Below, piece after piece: positions 1-9,737 of a stretch of DNA of 64,000 nt; position 1 is the stretch's first letter, and each line of letters opens with the position of its first letter. Source of the DNA: Deltaproteobacteria bacterium (GTDB lineage Bacteria > Desulfobacterota_D > UBA1144 > Nemesobacterales > CSP1-2); contig JBQTHB010000007.1 in assembly GCA_052390235.1 (NCBI GenBank), positions 1 to 64,000 of the forward strand, read 5' to 3'. The translations under genes and the position numbers were made by a program. Below the pieces are notes generated by a model. It saw only the letters and a list, made by a program, of their open reading frames with translations. It was not told the origin of the DNA and searched no databases.

Positions 1-1443
1 AAGACGAGCGACGTGGCTGGGGACGGGACGACGACAGCTACGGTGTTAGCGCAGGCGATATTCCGCGAGGGGATAAAGCTGGTAGCGGCGGGGCATGACC
101 CGATGAAGCTCAAGAGGGGAATTGATAAATCCGTCAATTTAGTCATTGGCGAGGTCAGAAAGCTCAGCAAACAGGTCAAAGATAGAAAAGAGATAGCGCA
201 GGTCGCCACAATCTCCGCAAACGGCGACGAGAGCATTGGCAACATCATCGCTGACGCCATGGAGAAAGTGGGCAAGGACGGCGTAATAACAGTTGAGGAA
301 GGCAGGAGTCTCGATACGACGCTGGAAGTGGTAGAGGGGATGCAGTTTGACAGAGGCTACCTAAGCCCCTATTTCGTAACCAATCCGGAGAAGATGACGG
401 TTGAACTTGACGACCCGTTCCTGCTTCTCTGCGATAAGAAGATTGCCAGTATGAAGGATTTAGTTCCCCTTCTCGAGGAAGTTGCCCGTAGCGGCAAGCC
501 GATACTCGTGCTAGCCGAAGACATCGAGGGCGAGGCATTGGCGACGCTTGTGGTGAATAAAATCAGAGGCACGCTCAAGTGCGCGGCGGCAAAAGCCCCC
601 GGATTTGGCGACAGAAGAAAGGCGATGCTCGAAGATATTGCCATACTCACGGGTGGAAAGGTCATAGCCGAGGAATTGGGGATGAAACTTGAGACCTCGA
701 CCATAAAGGATCTGGGCCGCGCCAAGAAAGTCGTCATTGATAAGGACAACTGCACGTTAATCAGCGGAGCGGGAAAGAAGGACGAGATAGCGGGAAAAAT
801 CAGGCAGATTAAAGCCCAGATTGAAGAGAGCTCCGGTGAATATGATAGAGAAAAACTCCAGGAGAGACTCGCAAAGCTCGCCGGAGGGGTGTCCGTAATT
901 AAGGTTGGAGCGGCAACGGAAGCCGAGATGAAAGAGAAAAAGGCGAGAGTAGAAGACGCTCTTAACGCGACCCGCGCCGCAGTGGAAGAGGGAATAGTTC
1001 CCGGCGGAGGCGTGGCGCTGGTCAGAGCAATCAAGGCTCTTGAGAGCATTGGCGACGTGGACGACGAGGAAAAAGCGGGCGTCAATATTATCAAGCGGGT
1101 GCTTGAAGAGCCGCTGCGCGAGATTGCATCCAACGCCGGATGGGACGGCTCAATCGTCGTTGAAAAGGTGAAACAATCCAAGGGGTCCAACGGATTCGAC
1201 GCCGCAAAGCTCGAGTACTGCGATATGATTGAAGCCGGTATCGTTGACCCGACAAAGGTTACGAGAAGCGCCCTTCAGAACGCGGCAAGCGTGGCGGGAC
1301 TGCTCCTTACGACCGAAGCCCTAGTGGCGGAAAAGCCTAAGAAAGGCGACTCTTTTGGCTCTGGCGGGGGCGGTATGGGTGGCATGGGCGGTATGGGTGG
1401 CATGGGCGGAATGGGCGGTATGGGTGGAATGGGAGACTTCTAA
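1..1443 (+). CDS. groEL: Chaperonin GroEL, 5'-truncated by the window edge
   Basis: [38 protein letters not shown] and a C-terminal (GGM)n tail; frame is open from position 1. Confidence 0.99.
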   Translation, partial: KTSDVAGDGTTTATVLAQAIFREGIKLVAAGHDPMKLKRGIDKSVNLVIGEVRKLSKQVKDRKEIAQVATISANGDESIGNIIADAMEKVGKDGVITVEEGRSLDTTLEVVEGMQFDRGYLSPYFVTNPEKMTVELDDPFLLLCDKKIASMKDLVPLLEEVARSGKPILVLAEDIEGEALATLVVNKIRGTLKCAAAKAPGFGDRRKAMLEDIAILTGGKVIAEELGMKLETSTIKDLGRAKKVVIDKDNCTLISGAGKKDEIAGKIRQIKAQIEESSGEYDREKLQERLAKLAGGVSVIKVGAATEAEMKEKKARVEDALNATRAAVEEGIVPGGGVALVRAIKALESIGDVDDEEKAGVNIIKRVLEEPLREIASNAGWDGSIVVEKVKQSKGSNGFDAAKLEYCDMIEAGIVDPTKVTRSALQNAASVAGLLLTTEALVAEKPKKGDSFGSGGGGMGGMGGMGGMGGMGGMGGMGDF

Positions 1444-1476
1444 GCCTGAACTTAAATATATAAGCTGAAAAGTAGC

Positions 1477-1516
1477 AGGGCGGGTGTCTTTTTGCGAGGA
1501 TGCCCGCCTTTTTTTG
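1477..1516 (+). terminator. Rho-independent terminator after groEL
   Basis: Stem GGCGGGTGTC / GATGCCCGCC followed by a T7 tract. Confidence 0.85.
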
Positions 1517-1599
1517 TTTCTAGCAGTTGACAGCTCAATTACTCCCGGCAACCGAATTCCTTGTCTCGCCCTCGCCTGCGTGTTATCTTTCTCGCCGGG

Positions 1600-2772
1600 A
1601 TGCTCGATTTTGCCTCGCTCAAATCTCAAATCAACCGTATGATTGAAGAAAAAAAGGATTTCGCCTCAGATTCCGCAGGGAAAATCGCCCTCGCCCTAGC
1701 GGAGCTTAAGGCAAAGTCCGAGAACTGGCAGGCGCTTTCAGAAAAAGAGAGTATGAGCAAAACCTCATGGCTTACCGCCGGCATTTCATCTCCCCTCGAT
1801 AGCGTCCATCCCCTCCCAGCTCGCCCGCGAAGCTACACGGCTATCTCGTCGGACGGCTCTCAGATTTTCCCGGACAGGCACGAGCCGCTTTCCTGCTTTC
1901 TCATCAATATCTCATCCGTGCATCTGGGCTACGGGGACAGGGCGCGGGCAAGTATGCAGTCCCGCCCAAGGCTCTTTTGGAGCGACGAGGATAGGTTCGT
2001 TCAATGGGGCGGAAAAATAGTCCCGGCGGATGCCGATGTCATCTCGGAGAAGCGAAATTTAATGGAGTTTCAGCAGATTCTCACGCTTGCCGAGGGTCTT
2101 GCTGAGCGTGGCGACACGGTTGCAATTACCGACGGCACACTGATATTTTGGCGGCTTGAGGGGATGCCCGCAGATTTCAAAGGGGATATTATAGGTAAAT
2201 TTAACTCCATTATGGATGCTCTAAGGGCAATGGAAATCCCCGTCGCAAGCTACATTAGCTATCCCGGAAGCAGGGATGTCGTAAACACGCTCCGCCTCGG
2301 CTTATGCCCGGAGAAGATAAGCTACTGCGATAGGTGTCCCTACACGCAGCTGCCGGAGCTTCCCTGCGCGCCGATTCAAGATATTGCCGATAGGACTCTG
2401 TTCTCTCGCGTACTGGATGCCGGACAGAGGTCTCCTGTGTTTGAGAGCGCGTCAAAGGTGCTGGAACTCTACGGCGAACACCGGGTTTATTTTTTCTATA
2501 TCAATGTTGGCGCGGAGATTGCCAGAGTGGAAATCCCCAAATGGGTTGCCGAGAACGCGGGGCTACTTGACCTCGTCCATACCGTTATATACGACCAGGC
2601 TAAGAAAGGAGACGGCTACCCAGTCGCGCTCAGAGAGGCTCACGAGAGGGCAGTGGTCAGGGGGAAGCAGAGGGATTTTTTCTATGATTTAATCCGGGAG
2701 GAGATGGCGAAATCCGATATTAAAATCGCCGTTTCGAGGAAAGGTCTATCCAAGAGGAGTCCTGAAATCTGA
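1600..2772 (+). CDS. nurA: NurA-family nuclease (DNA double-strand break repair)
   Basis: SSDGSQ and ITDGTL acidic motifs, C-terminal GYPVALREAHERAVV, internal Cys cluster; ATG at 1600 preferred over TTG at 1561. Confidence 0.85.
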   Translation: MLDFASLKSQINRMIEEKKDFASDSAGKIALALAELKAKSENWQALSEKESMSKTSWLTAGISSPLDSVHPLPARPRSYTAISSDGSQIFPDRHEPLSCFLINISSVHLGYGDRARASMQSRPRLFWSDEDRFVQWGGKIVPADADVISEKRNLMEFQQILTLAEGLAERGDTVAITDGTLIFWRLEGMPADFKGDIIGKFNSIMDALRAMEIPVASYISYPGSRDVVNTLRLGLCPEKISYCDRCPYTQLPELPCAPIQDIADRTLFSRVLDAGQRSPVFESASKVLELYGEHRVYFFYINVGAEIARVEIPKWVAENAGLLDLVHTVIYDQAKKGDGYPVALREAHERAVVRGKQRDFFYDLIREEMAKSDIKIAVSRKGLSKRSPEI

Positions 2773-3341
2773 TGAATGAACATATCGGTGAGGTAGTCGA
2801 ATCCTCCACTAAGGGTTTCATTGCCCGCTCTAGGACAGTGGGCGAGTCCCCGGTGTTCGGCTCGTTTGTAAAGGCGGGGCTGGACGCTCCGGTCTATGGG
2901 CTAGTCTATGAAATTATTACCGACAGCAGAGAGCCGGGGCGAAAAAACAACACCTACAACCTGACAATTGACGAACTCAGGCGGGAACAGCCGCAGATAT
3001 TTGAGCTTCTCAAAACGGATTTCCATGTGCTGACCGTGGCGTATCGCGAAAAGGAGCAGACTCGGTTCTCGCTTCCGCCCCTTCCGCCGCACATCCATTC
3101 GTTCGTTTATGAATGCACGAAGGAGGAGATTCTCCAGCTCACGCTCGAGGATTTTTTCCTCAGAACCGTTATTTCATCGCAAAACGCCCCGATAGACGAC
3201 CTAATTATCTCCTCGCTGCGCCTCTCACAGGCGGCTAGAGCGGGGGACTCGAGCTACATAGTCAACATGGGAAAGAGCCTCGCCAGATTTTTCAAGGACG
3301 ACTACGAGAGATTAACCTCGGTGCTGAGGCGGATTTTGTAG
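2772..3341 (+). CDS. Stand-alone HAS-barrel-type protein (NurA/HerA-associated)
   Basis: N-terminal HIGEVVESST...PVFGSFVK...VYGLVYEI beta-barrel pattern and LPPLPPHIHSFVY; TGATG overlap with nurA. Confidence 0.65.
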   Translation: MNEHIGEVVESSTKGFIARSRTVGESPVFGSFVKAGLDAPVYGLVYEIITDSREPGRKNNTYNLTIDELRREQPQIFELLKTDFHVLTVAYREKEQTRFSLPPLPPHIHSFVYECTKEEILQLTLEDFFLRTVISSQNAPIDDLIISSLRLSQAARAGDSSYIVNMGKSLARFFKDDYERLTSVLRRIL

Positions 3342-3362
3342 GGGGAACAGAAACCCCGCGGA

Positions 3363-4448
3363 TTACCCCAGGTCTGCGAGCCGAGGCATCACCTCCGTTG
3401 CAAGTAACTCCATTGAGCGAACCCATTTATCCTTTGGATGCCACTCATGCCCCATGGCGAGCAGTACGCCGAACCCTCCGACGCTTGCGTATAAATCCCG
3501 TATTTGGCGCGCCGCATCTTCGGGGCTTCCCACTATCCAGAGGTTTTCGATGAGATATTCGGGCGTAACGGCTGAGTCGGGAAGGGTTTTATCGAGTTTA
3601 AAAATGTCGAGATTGCCGCGTATCTTCGGGACGATTTTGAAAAAATAATCCGTGAAATCGCGGGCGAGAGTGCCTTCGATAACATCGCGGCGGGCTTCTT
3701 CGCTCGTCTGTGCGATGTAGATGTCCCTTGCGATGCGCCATTTGCGGCGGTCTGCCATGCGAGAGGTCTCTCTCGCCCCCTCCTCAACGGACGCCCAGTG
3801 GCTCTTCAGCGCCTCTTTTGAGGCGAAATTAATGCTCATCGGAATCCAATCGCGCCGCCCGGCGATTTTGAGACTCTCCGAGCCTTGGGTGATACCGGCG
3901 ACAGCTATGGGCGGATGCGGCTTTTGATACGGTTTTATATGAACCCGAAGCCCTACGTCGTCCTGAGGCTCAGGCACGGTGAATCTCCATCTGCGGTTCT
4001 CATAGCTTCCGGGACTGGGCGAATTCCATAAATTGAGGATAAAATCGAGCGATTCGTTGGTTAAATCCCTCTGCTCTCCAGATGTAGGATTGATTCCAAA
4101 TGCGGCGAAATCCCCAATGAAGCTCCCCGCGCCGACTCCCCAGTAAAACCGCCCTTTGGCGAGGTGGTCTAGCACGGCGATTCTATGCGCGAGGACGAAG
4201 GGGTCGTGATTCGGCAGGCAGGATACCCCGGTGCCGAGTTTTATCTGATGCGTTAGGGCAAGGGCTTTGGCGATGAGGAGGTCGGGAGCGGGGATGTTCT
4301 CCCAAACGGATGTGAAATGCTCCCCTATCCAAGCCTCGCTGAAGCCGAGTTTGTCTAATATTTGAATCTGCTCAAGGTCTGCTTCGAGGGCTTCAGTGTA
4401 GTCTCGCCCGGGGGGATGAAGAGGCATAGTGAAGTAGCCGTATTGCAT
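3363..4448 (-). CDS. Luciferase-like (LLM class) flavin-dependent monooxygenase
   Basis: GFSEAWIGEHF, IKLGTGV, KPYQKPHPP, IVGSPED motifs; RBS GGAG upstream of ATG 4448. Confidence 0.9.
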   Translation of the reverse strand: MQYGYFTMPLHPPGRDYTEALEADLEQIQILDKLGFSEAWIGEHFTSVWENIPAPDLLIAKALALTHQIKLGTGVSCLPNHDPFVLAHRIAVLDHLAKGRFYWGVGAGSFIGDFAAFGINPTSGEQRDLTNESLDFILNLWNSPSPGSYENRRWRFTVPEPQDDVGLRVHIKPYQKPHPPIAVAGITQGSESLKIAGRRDWIPMSINFASKEALKSHWASVEEGARETSRMADRRKWRIARDIYIAQTSEEARRDVIEGTLARDFTDYFFKIVPKIRGNLDIFKLDKTLPDSAVTPEYLIENLWIVGSPEDAARQIRDLYASVGGFGVLLAMGHEWHPKDKWVRSMELLATEVMPRLADLG

Positions 4449-4679
4449 GGTGTCTCCTGCGCGGGGGAATCGAGATGCCCCCCTCGGTTGAGAGTACCAT
4501 AATCTGCGATGCAAACGCAACGGGCCATTTGGGAGGGTAATTTGAAATCCGTTTTTTGCTCAGCCCCGCATTTGGGCATAATGAGGAATTTGTTAAGATT
4601 GGGTGAACCCTCTATCAATTTTTCTGCGGCTAAGGTAGAATCAGAATCTCTTATGTACAAAGAGCGTTAGCGGGCGGGC

Positions 4680-5312
4680 GTGTCCATGTCATCAGTCGAA
4701 AAATTTTATTCAAGCATAGCCAAAATTTACGATTTGCAGCTCCACATAAACGGCTCGAAAAGGGCCGTTAATTTTTTTGTAAGGCAGCTTCCATTCACCG
4801 AGAAAAAACGCCTCAGAGTCCTCGATGCGGGCGCGGGAACGGGCTTATTCACGCTGGCGATACTCAAGAAGTTTCCCAAAGCCGAGATTGTAGCCATTGA
4901 TATGAATCCCGATATGCTCGACGAGTTGAAAGACAATTTGGGAAAGAGGGGGCTATCCGAATCCGTTAAGGTGCTTATGGCGGACATCAGCAAGCCGTTT
5001 GCCGACATAAAAGGTAAGTTCGACCTCATCGTTACCGGAAGCGTCCTCGAATACGTCAATCAAGACGAGGCGGTTGGCAACCTCACGAGCTATCTCAAGC
5101 CCGGAGGGTTTTTCTTCAACTCCCCGATGAAAGACAACGTCTGGGGCAGGCTCGTGGGCATCGGCTTTAAGTTCAAACCCTATAGCCGCGAGAGGAGCCT
5201 CAGAGCCTTCGCAAACGCCGGGCTAACACTCGTGAAATCCCTCAAATTGGCGCCCCTTTATTTCCCCGTAAGCCTCGTGAAAGAGGGATACATTTTCAAA
5301 AAACCTGAGTAG
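4680..5312 (+). CDS. Class I SAM-dependent methyltransferase
   Basis: VLDAGAGTG motif I, KFDLIV, LKPGG. Confidence 0.9.
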   Translation: MSMSSVEKFYSSIAKIYDLQLHINGSKRAVNFFVRQLPFTEKKRLRVLDAGAGTGLFTLAILKKFPKAEIVAIDMNPDMLDELKDNLGKRGLSESVKVLMADISKPFADIKGKFDLIVTGSVLEYVNQDEAVGNLTSYLKPGGFFFNSPMKDNVWGRLVGIGFKFKPYSRERSLRAFANAGLTLVKSLKLAPLYFPVSLVKEGYIFKKPE

Positions 5313-5411
5313 CTCTGCGTCCGCTCTGTTAGAATCCATCCCCATAAACTGAGCGCGGGAGTATTCATCCGCCGTGAATATCGCGGCTACCCCCCCTGCC
5401 TCATTCGGCAA

Positions 5412-5441
5412 TTGACAAACCACTCCCTCTTGTGAAACAAT
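5412..5441 (+). promoter_or_regulatory. Putative sigma70 promoter for mscL
   Basis: TTGACA, 18-nt spacer, TG-n-AACAAT. Confidence 0.45.
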
Positions 5442-5519
5442 ATGCAGCAGGCGGGGGAGGGCTAGGATTTATATAAATATTCCCCCTGCGGCAAGTCAGA
5501 CGCAAGGAGCGCGCCCGCA

Positions 5520-5975
5520 ATGTTCAAAGAATTCAGGGAGTTTGCTGTAAAGGGAAATGTAATTGATATGGCGGTTGGGATTATATTGGGGGCGGCGTTC
5601 GGCGCTATAGTCAACTCGCTTGTGTCGGATATGATAATGCCGCCTGTGGGGCTTGCCCTCGGCAATATTGACTTCTCGAATCTGTTTTTCGTGCTGAAAG
5701 AAGGCTCATCGCCGGCGCCTTTTGCCTCTGTTGCAGACGCCAAAGCCGCAGGGGCAGTTACGGTCAACTACGGGCTGTTCCTCAACACGGTTATAAGTTT
5801 CACTATTGTTGCATTTGCTATGTTTCTGCTGATTCGGAGCATTAATAGGCTCAAGCGCGAAGAAGCCGTGCCCGCTCCCGCGCCTGCGACCACGAAGGAG
5901 TGTCCCCAGTGCCTATCTGCGATTCCGATAAAAGCGGTGCGCTGCGCTTTTTGTACATCTGAGTTAAAGCCCTGA
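5520..5975 (+). CDS. mscL: Large-conductance mechanosensitive channel with C-terminal CxxC..CxxC tail
   Basis: [36 protein letters not shown] and [11 protein letters not shown]. Confidence 0.97.
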   Translation: MFKEFREFAVKGNVIDMAVGIILGAAFGAIVNSLVSDMIMPPVGLALGNIDFSNLFFVLKEGSSPAPFASVADAKAAGAVTVNYGLFLNTVISFTIVAFAMFLLIRSINRLKREEAVPAPAPATTKECPQCLSAIPIKAVRCAFCTSELKP

Positions 5976-6003
5976 TAAATCTATCGTTTAAGGAGGTACT
6001 TTA

Positions 6004-6261
6004 ATGGGAATTCTGTCATGGATAATTTTCGGACTCATTGCCGGAGCGCTGGCTAAGATGATAATGCCCGGAAAAGACCCCGGAGGGTTCATCGTAACCG
6101 TGGTCATTGGCATTGTGGGGGCGGTCGTAGGCGGCTACATCGGCACGTTCCTCGGATTTGGGCAGGTTACAGGATTTAACTTTGGGAGTCTCGTCATAGC
6201 CATTGTCGGAGCGGTTGTGCTTTTGATTGTCTATCGTATGGCGACTGGGAGAGGAAATTGA
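6004..6261 (+). CDS. GlsB/YeaQ/YmgE (transglycosylase-associated) membrane protein
   Basis: MGILSWIIFGLIAGALAKMIMPGKDPGG; strong RBS AAGGAGG. Confidence 0.93.
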   Translation: MGILSWIIFGLIAGALAKMIMPGKDPGGFIVTVVIGIVGAVVGGYIGTFLGFGQVTGFNFGSLVIAIVGAVVLLIVYRMATGRGN

Positions 6262-6376
6262 TTCCCTAAAAGCCGCAGGGGGGGCGTAAATTGGGTATTG
6301 CGTCCCTCAGTAACGGGCGACCACCCCGTCGGCAATCAGCGCGCCGGGGCTTGCAGTGGCGGCTGTTTACCCTCTG

Positions 6377-6697
6377 TCATTCGGCGTTTATCAAATCCAG
6401 CGCCTCTTCAAACTCCTCCGCCATCGAGGGGTGTCCGTGGGAGGATGCCGCATGGATTCCCTTTCTGTAAGCCTCTTTTGCCTCTTCCCGTCTGCCGAGC
6501 TTGATGAGCGCCTCGGCGAGCATTCTATACGCCGCCCCTTGGTCGTCCGCTACGCCGAGATATAGTCCAATCTGCTCGATGCACTCCCCGTACATCCCGG
6601 CTTTAAAGTACTCGGCTCCGAGTCCGTACCTGCCGAGAGTGTTGTTTGGGTTTTTGGCGATAAGCGCTTTGAGGTTGTCAATTCTCACATTAGCCAT
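6377..6697 (-). CDS. Small TPR protein
   Basis: NPNNTLGRYGLGAEY and AYRMLAEALIKLGRREEAKEAYRKGI TPR-like helices. Confidence 0.8.
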   Translation of the reverse strand: MANVRIDNLKALIAKNPNNTLGRYGLGAEYFKAGMYGECIEQIGLYLGVADDQGAAYRMLAEALIKLGRREEAKEAYRKGIHAASSHGHPSMAEEFEEALDLINAE

Positions 6698-6854
6698 CTG
6701 AGTCGCTCCAAATATTTAGATTCCCGTAATTATATATGATTTAATCCGTATGAGCTTTGGCTAGGCTGGGTAAATATGGGAGATTCCAAATTGAACCCTC
6801 GCGCCTCATCGTATAACCTACATATCAAATCCGAACCAAAGAGGGGGTCATCCG

Positions 6855-8957
6855 ATGTCTGAAGAGCGGCGAAACCGTCTTTACCGCGAGGCAAGCGCGT
6901 ACCTAAAATCGGCGGCTCATCAGCCCGTGGATTGGTATCCTTGGGGGGAGGAGGCGTTCCAGAGGGCAAGCGAGCTTGACCGCCCTCTGTTGCTGGATGT
7001 CGGCGCGGCGTGGTGTCATTGGTGTCATGTCATAGACCGGGAAAGTTACGATGATCCCTCGATAGCCGAGATAATTAACGAAAACTTCATCGCCGTGAAA
7101 GTTGACCGCGACGAACGCCCCGACGTTGACAAGCGTTATCAGCAAGCCGTAAGCGCAATCACGGGCCAAGGCGGCTGGCCCCTTACGGCATTCCTGACCC
7201 CTGAGGGGCGGGTGTTTTTTGGGGGTACTTACTTTCCCCCGCAGGACACGAAACAAATCCCCTCGTTCCGAAGCGTGCTGCAGAGGGTCGTTGAGTACTA
7301 CGCCACAAAAAAACAGACCGCGCTCTCGGAATCCAAGAGGATTGACGACGCCCTCTCGAAGATGAACGCAGTAGCCCCCTCCCGCGACGAGCCGGCGATG
7401 TTTATGGTTGACGAGGCGATTGAATCCATTATGTCCCTCTACGACACAGTCAACGGGGGATTCGCCCTCGCCCCCAAATTTCCCCATTTCGGCGCGGTTG
7501 AGCTTATCCTCGCCCGCGCCTACGACACCGCAGATGCCGAGCATTTAGCCGCCGCTCTAAGGACGCTGGATAAAATGGCGAAGGGCGGAATCTGCGACCA
7601 TATAGGAGGGGGATTTCACCGCTACGCAACCGATGCCCAGTGGATAGTTCCCCATTTTGAGAAGATGTCCTACGACAACGCCGAGCATCTGAAAAACTAC
7701 CTCTCAGCGTATCAGGCAACCGGAGACGCTTTCTACGCAGATGTCGCAGGCGAGATTATCCGCTTTATTTTCGATGACCTCTCCGACGCCGAGCGGGGCG
7801 GCTTTTACGCCAGCCAAGACGCCGATGTTAACCTCGACGACGACGGAGACTACTTCACTTGGACGAAAGAGGAGGTTATGCGCATCCTCTCGCCCGACGA
7901 AGCGAGGGCAATTTCCCTCCGCTATAATGTCCATGCGCGCGGAGAGATGAAGCACGACCCCGCTAGAAATGTGCTGTTCGCCGATGAGCCTGTATCGCAG
8001 GTCGCCCGCAGGCTCAATCTGCCGGAGGATAGGGCAGGGGAGCTTCTCGCGTCCGGCAGGCGGCGTTTGATTCAAGCCCGACGCAAAAGGCAGTCGCCCT
8101 TTGTGGATAAAACCATTTATACGAGCTGGAACGCGTCGCTTATTTCATCATTCCTCCTCGCATATAAAATTCGCGGACGCCGAGACTGCCGCGATTTTGC
8201 CCTCAAGACGCTCGATTTTCTCATTGCAAATTCATTTCGGGACGGAGCAGGGTTCTACAGGCACTATTCGGATGGCGGCGGAGCGGGAGTCGCCGGATTT
8301 CTCGATGACCAGGCGAAGATGGGGATTGCCTGTCTCGACGCTTTCGAGGCATCCGCCAGAGGGGAGTATCTCCTGCGGGCGATGACATTATCCTGCATTA
8401 TTGCCGGCAAATTCTACGATAACGACAGCGGGGGATTTTTCGACATTGAAGAAGCCCCAAATTTAGCCGCCCCGCTGCGATGCCGGATAAAACCCATTCA
8501 GGACGACCCCACGCCCTCTGCCAACGCCTCTGCCGTTATTTTCTACGACAGGCTCTACTACCTGACAGGCTCTGAGAATTACCGCGAGTACGCCTATAGG
8601 ACGCTTAAGTGTTTCACGGACGTCGCCCCGAAATACGGACTCTACGCCGCGGGCTTCTTTACAGCGCTCTGCCACCATGTCAGCCGCCCCGTGGGGGTAG
8701 TCGTTGTGGGAGATGCGGGGGACGGGCGCGCCCAGGGGCTTGCCGAGGCGGCTTGGAGTGTCTATCGCCCTAATAAATTTGTGGTTCGAATAGACCCCGC
8801 CGATGCGATAACGCTCTCCTGCCTCTCGCCCGCGATTCGGGAGATTGCTAAATTGGACGCGCCGGTTGCAGTTGTCTGCGCCGCAAGCGCATGCGCCGAG
8901 CCCGTGACCGATGCGCGGGCTTTGAAGGAGACGATAAAAACCTTCGGGCGGCGCTAG
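6855..8957 (+). CDS. Thioredoxin-domain protein, YyaL/SPATA20 (DUF255) family
   Basis: WCHWCHV, KVDRDERPDVD, GGWPLTAFLTP, PHFEKMSYDNA. Confidence 0.95.
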   Translation: MSEERRNRLYREASAYLKSAAHQPVDWYPWGEEAFQRASELDRPLLLDVGAAWCHWCHVIDRESYDDPSIAEIINENFIAVKVDRDERPDVDKRYQQAVSAITGQGGWPLTAFLTPEGRVFFGGTYFPPQDTKQIPSFRSVLQRVVEYYATKKQTALSESKRIDDALSKMNAVAPSRDEPAMFMVDEAIESIMSLYDTVNGGFALAPKFPHFGAVELILARAYDTADAEHLAAALRTLDKMAKGGICDHIGGGFHRYATDAQWIVPHFEKMSYDNAEHLKNYLSAYQATGDAFYADVAGEIIRFIFDDLSDAERGGFYASQDADVNLDDDGDYFTWTKEEVMRILSPDEARAISLRYNVHARGEMKHDPARNVLFADEPVSQVARRLNLPEDRAGELLASGRRRLIQARRKRQSPFVDKTIYTSWNASLISSFLLAYKIRGRRDCRDFALKTLDFLIANSFRDGAGFYRHYSDGGGAGVAGFLDDQAKMGIACLDAFEASARGEYLLRAMTLSCIIAGKFYDNDSGGFFDIEEAPNLAAPLRCRIKPIQDDPTPSANASAVIFYDRLYYLTGSENYREYAYRTLKCFTDVAPKYGLYAAGFFTALCHHVSRPVGVVVVGDAGDGRAQGLAEAAWSVYRPNKFVVRIDPADAITLSCLSPAIREIAKLDAPVAVVCAASACAEPVTDARALKETIKTFGRR

Positions 8958-9082
8958 GAGTTCTGTATATTTATGACGTGCGTTGTTGGGCGCGGAGGGA
9001 AATGGCTATGAGAATTAATATGAAACTGAGCGCCGTCGCATCTTAAATCTGAGACTTTAGACCGTGTGTGTTAAGAGGGGAT

Positions 9083-9451
9083 ATGGCGTTTTTCTTCAGA
9101 ATATTTGCCGATGGCGATGAGATATACTCAGGGGATTTTGCCGAAGTTCCCGATAAATTCAGGGCGGGAATCATTGAGGCGGTCTGCGATTGGGCAGACT
9201 CGCTCGACAGGAAGGGGCTGAATCAGCTCGTCTATTCGCTGTTTGCGTGGTACGAGAAAAGAGCGGGCTACTGCGATGGATGCGGCAGGTGGGCGGGGGG
9301 CGAGGGTGGCGGAGGGAATTGCCCGGACTGCGGGGCTACGATGCAGATGAGATATGTCTATGAAAGGCATAAAAAGCTCGATATGATAATCACCTGCGCG
9401 GTAGGGATGATTTCCCGAATTGAAGTGTCCGCCGCCGGTGAGCGAGGATAA
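9083..9451 (+). CDS. Hypothetical protein with zinc ribbon
   Basis: RBS GAGGGG before ATG 9083; CDGC...CPDC. Confidence 0.7.
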   Translation: MAFFFRIFADGDEIYSGDFAEVPDKFRAGIIEAVCDWADSLDRKGLNQLVYSLFAWYEKRAGYCDGCGRWAGGEGGGGNCPDCGATMQMRYVYERHKKLDMIITCAVGMISRIEVSAAGERG

Positions 9452-9452
9452 C

Positions 9453-9737
9453 ATGAAACTAGAAGTGAAAGGACAGGTGTTTCCAAGGGCATGGGACGTC
9501 GCCAAAAACGTGAAAAAACTCAGGGACGAGCGCAGAGTGGTCAATCTCGGCGCGGGTACTGTCGGTTTTTCGGTGTATGAGGTGGAACTTCCCGTGGAAA
9601 CCAAACAGGACGGCTTGTACTACGTTACGCCGGATGGGGTGAGGCTCTACTGGAATCACGGGGATCAGTACGAAATTGGCTATCTCATCTCGGAGCTTGA
9701 TTCGGACGCGCTCGCGGCGAGGCATTTTAAGAGATGA
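9453..9737 (+). CDS. Hypothetical protein
   Basis: RBS GAGG before ATG 9453; packed between neighbours, ATGA overlap downstream. Confidence 0.7.
   Translation: MKLEVKGQVFPRAWDVAKNVKKLRDERRVVNLGAGTVGFSVYEVELPVETKQDGLYYVTPDGVRLYWNHGDQYEIGYLISELDSDALAARHFKR

Noticed and set aside
369..1190. Long antisense ORF (273 aa) and the many other overlapping shadow ORFs in the track
   Set aside because: They lie opposite or within well-supported genes, lack recognisable motifs, and are expected from codon bias.
1369..1434. 9-bp tandem repeat GGYGGYATG
   Set aside because: Encodes the normal (GGM)n tail of GroEL.
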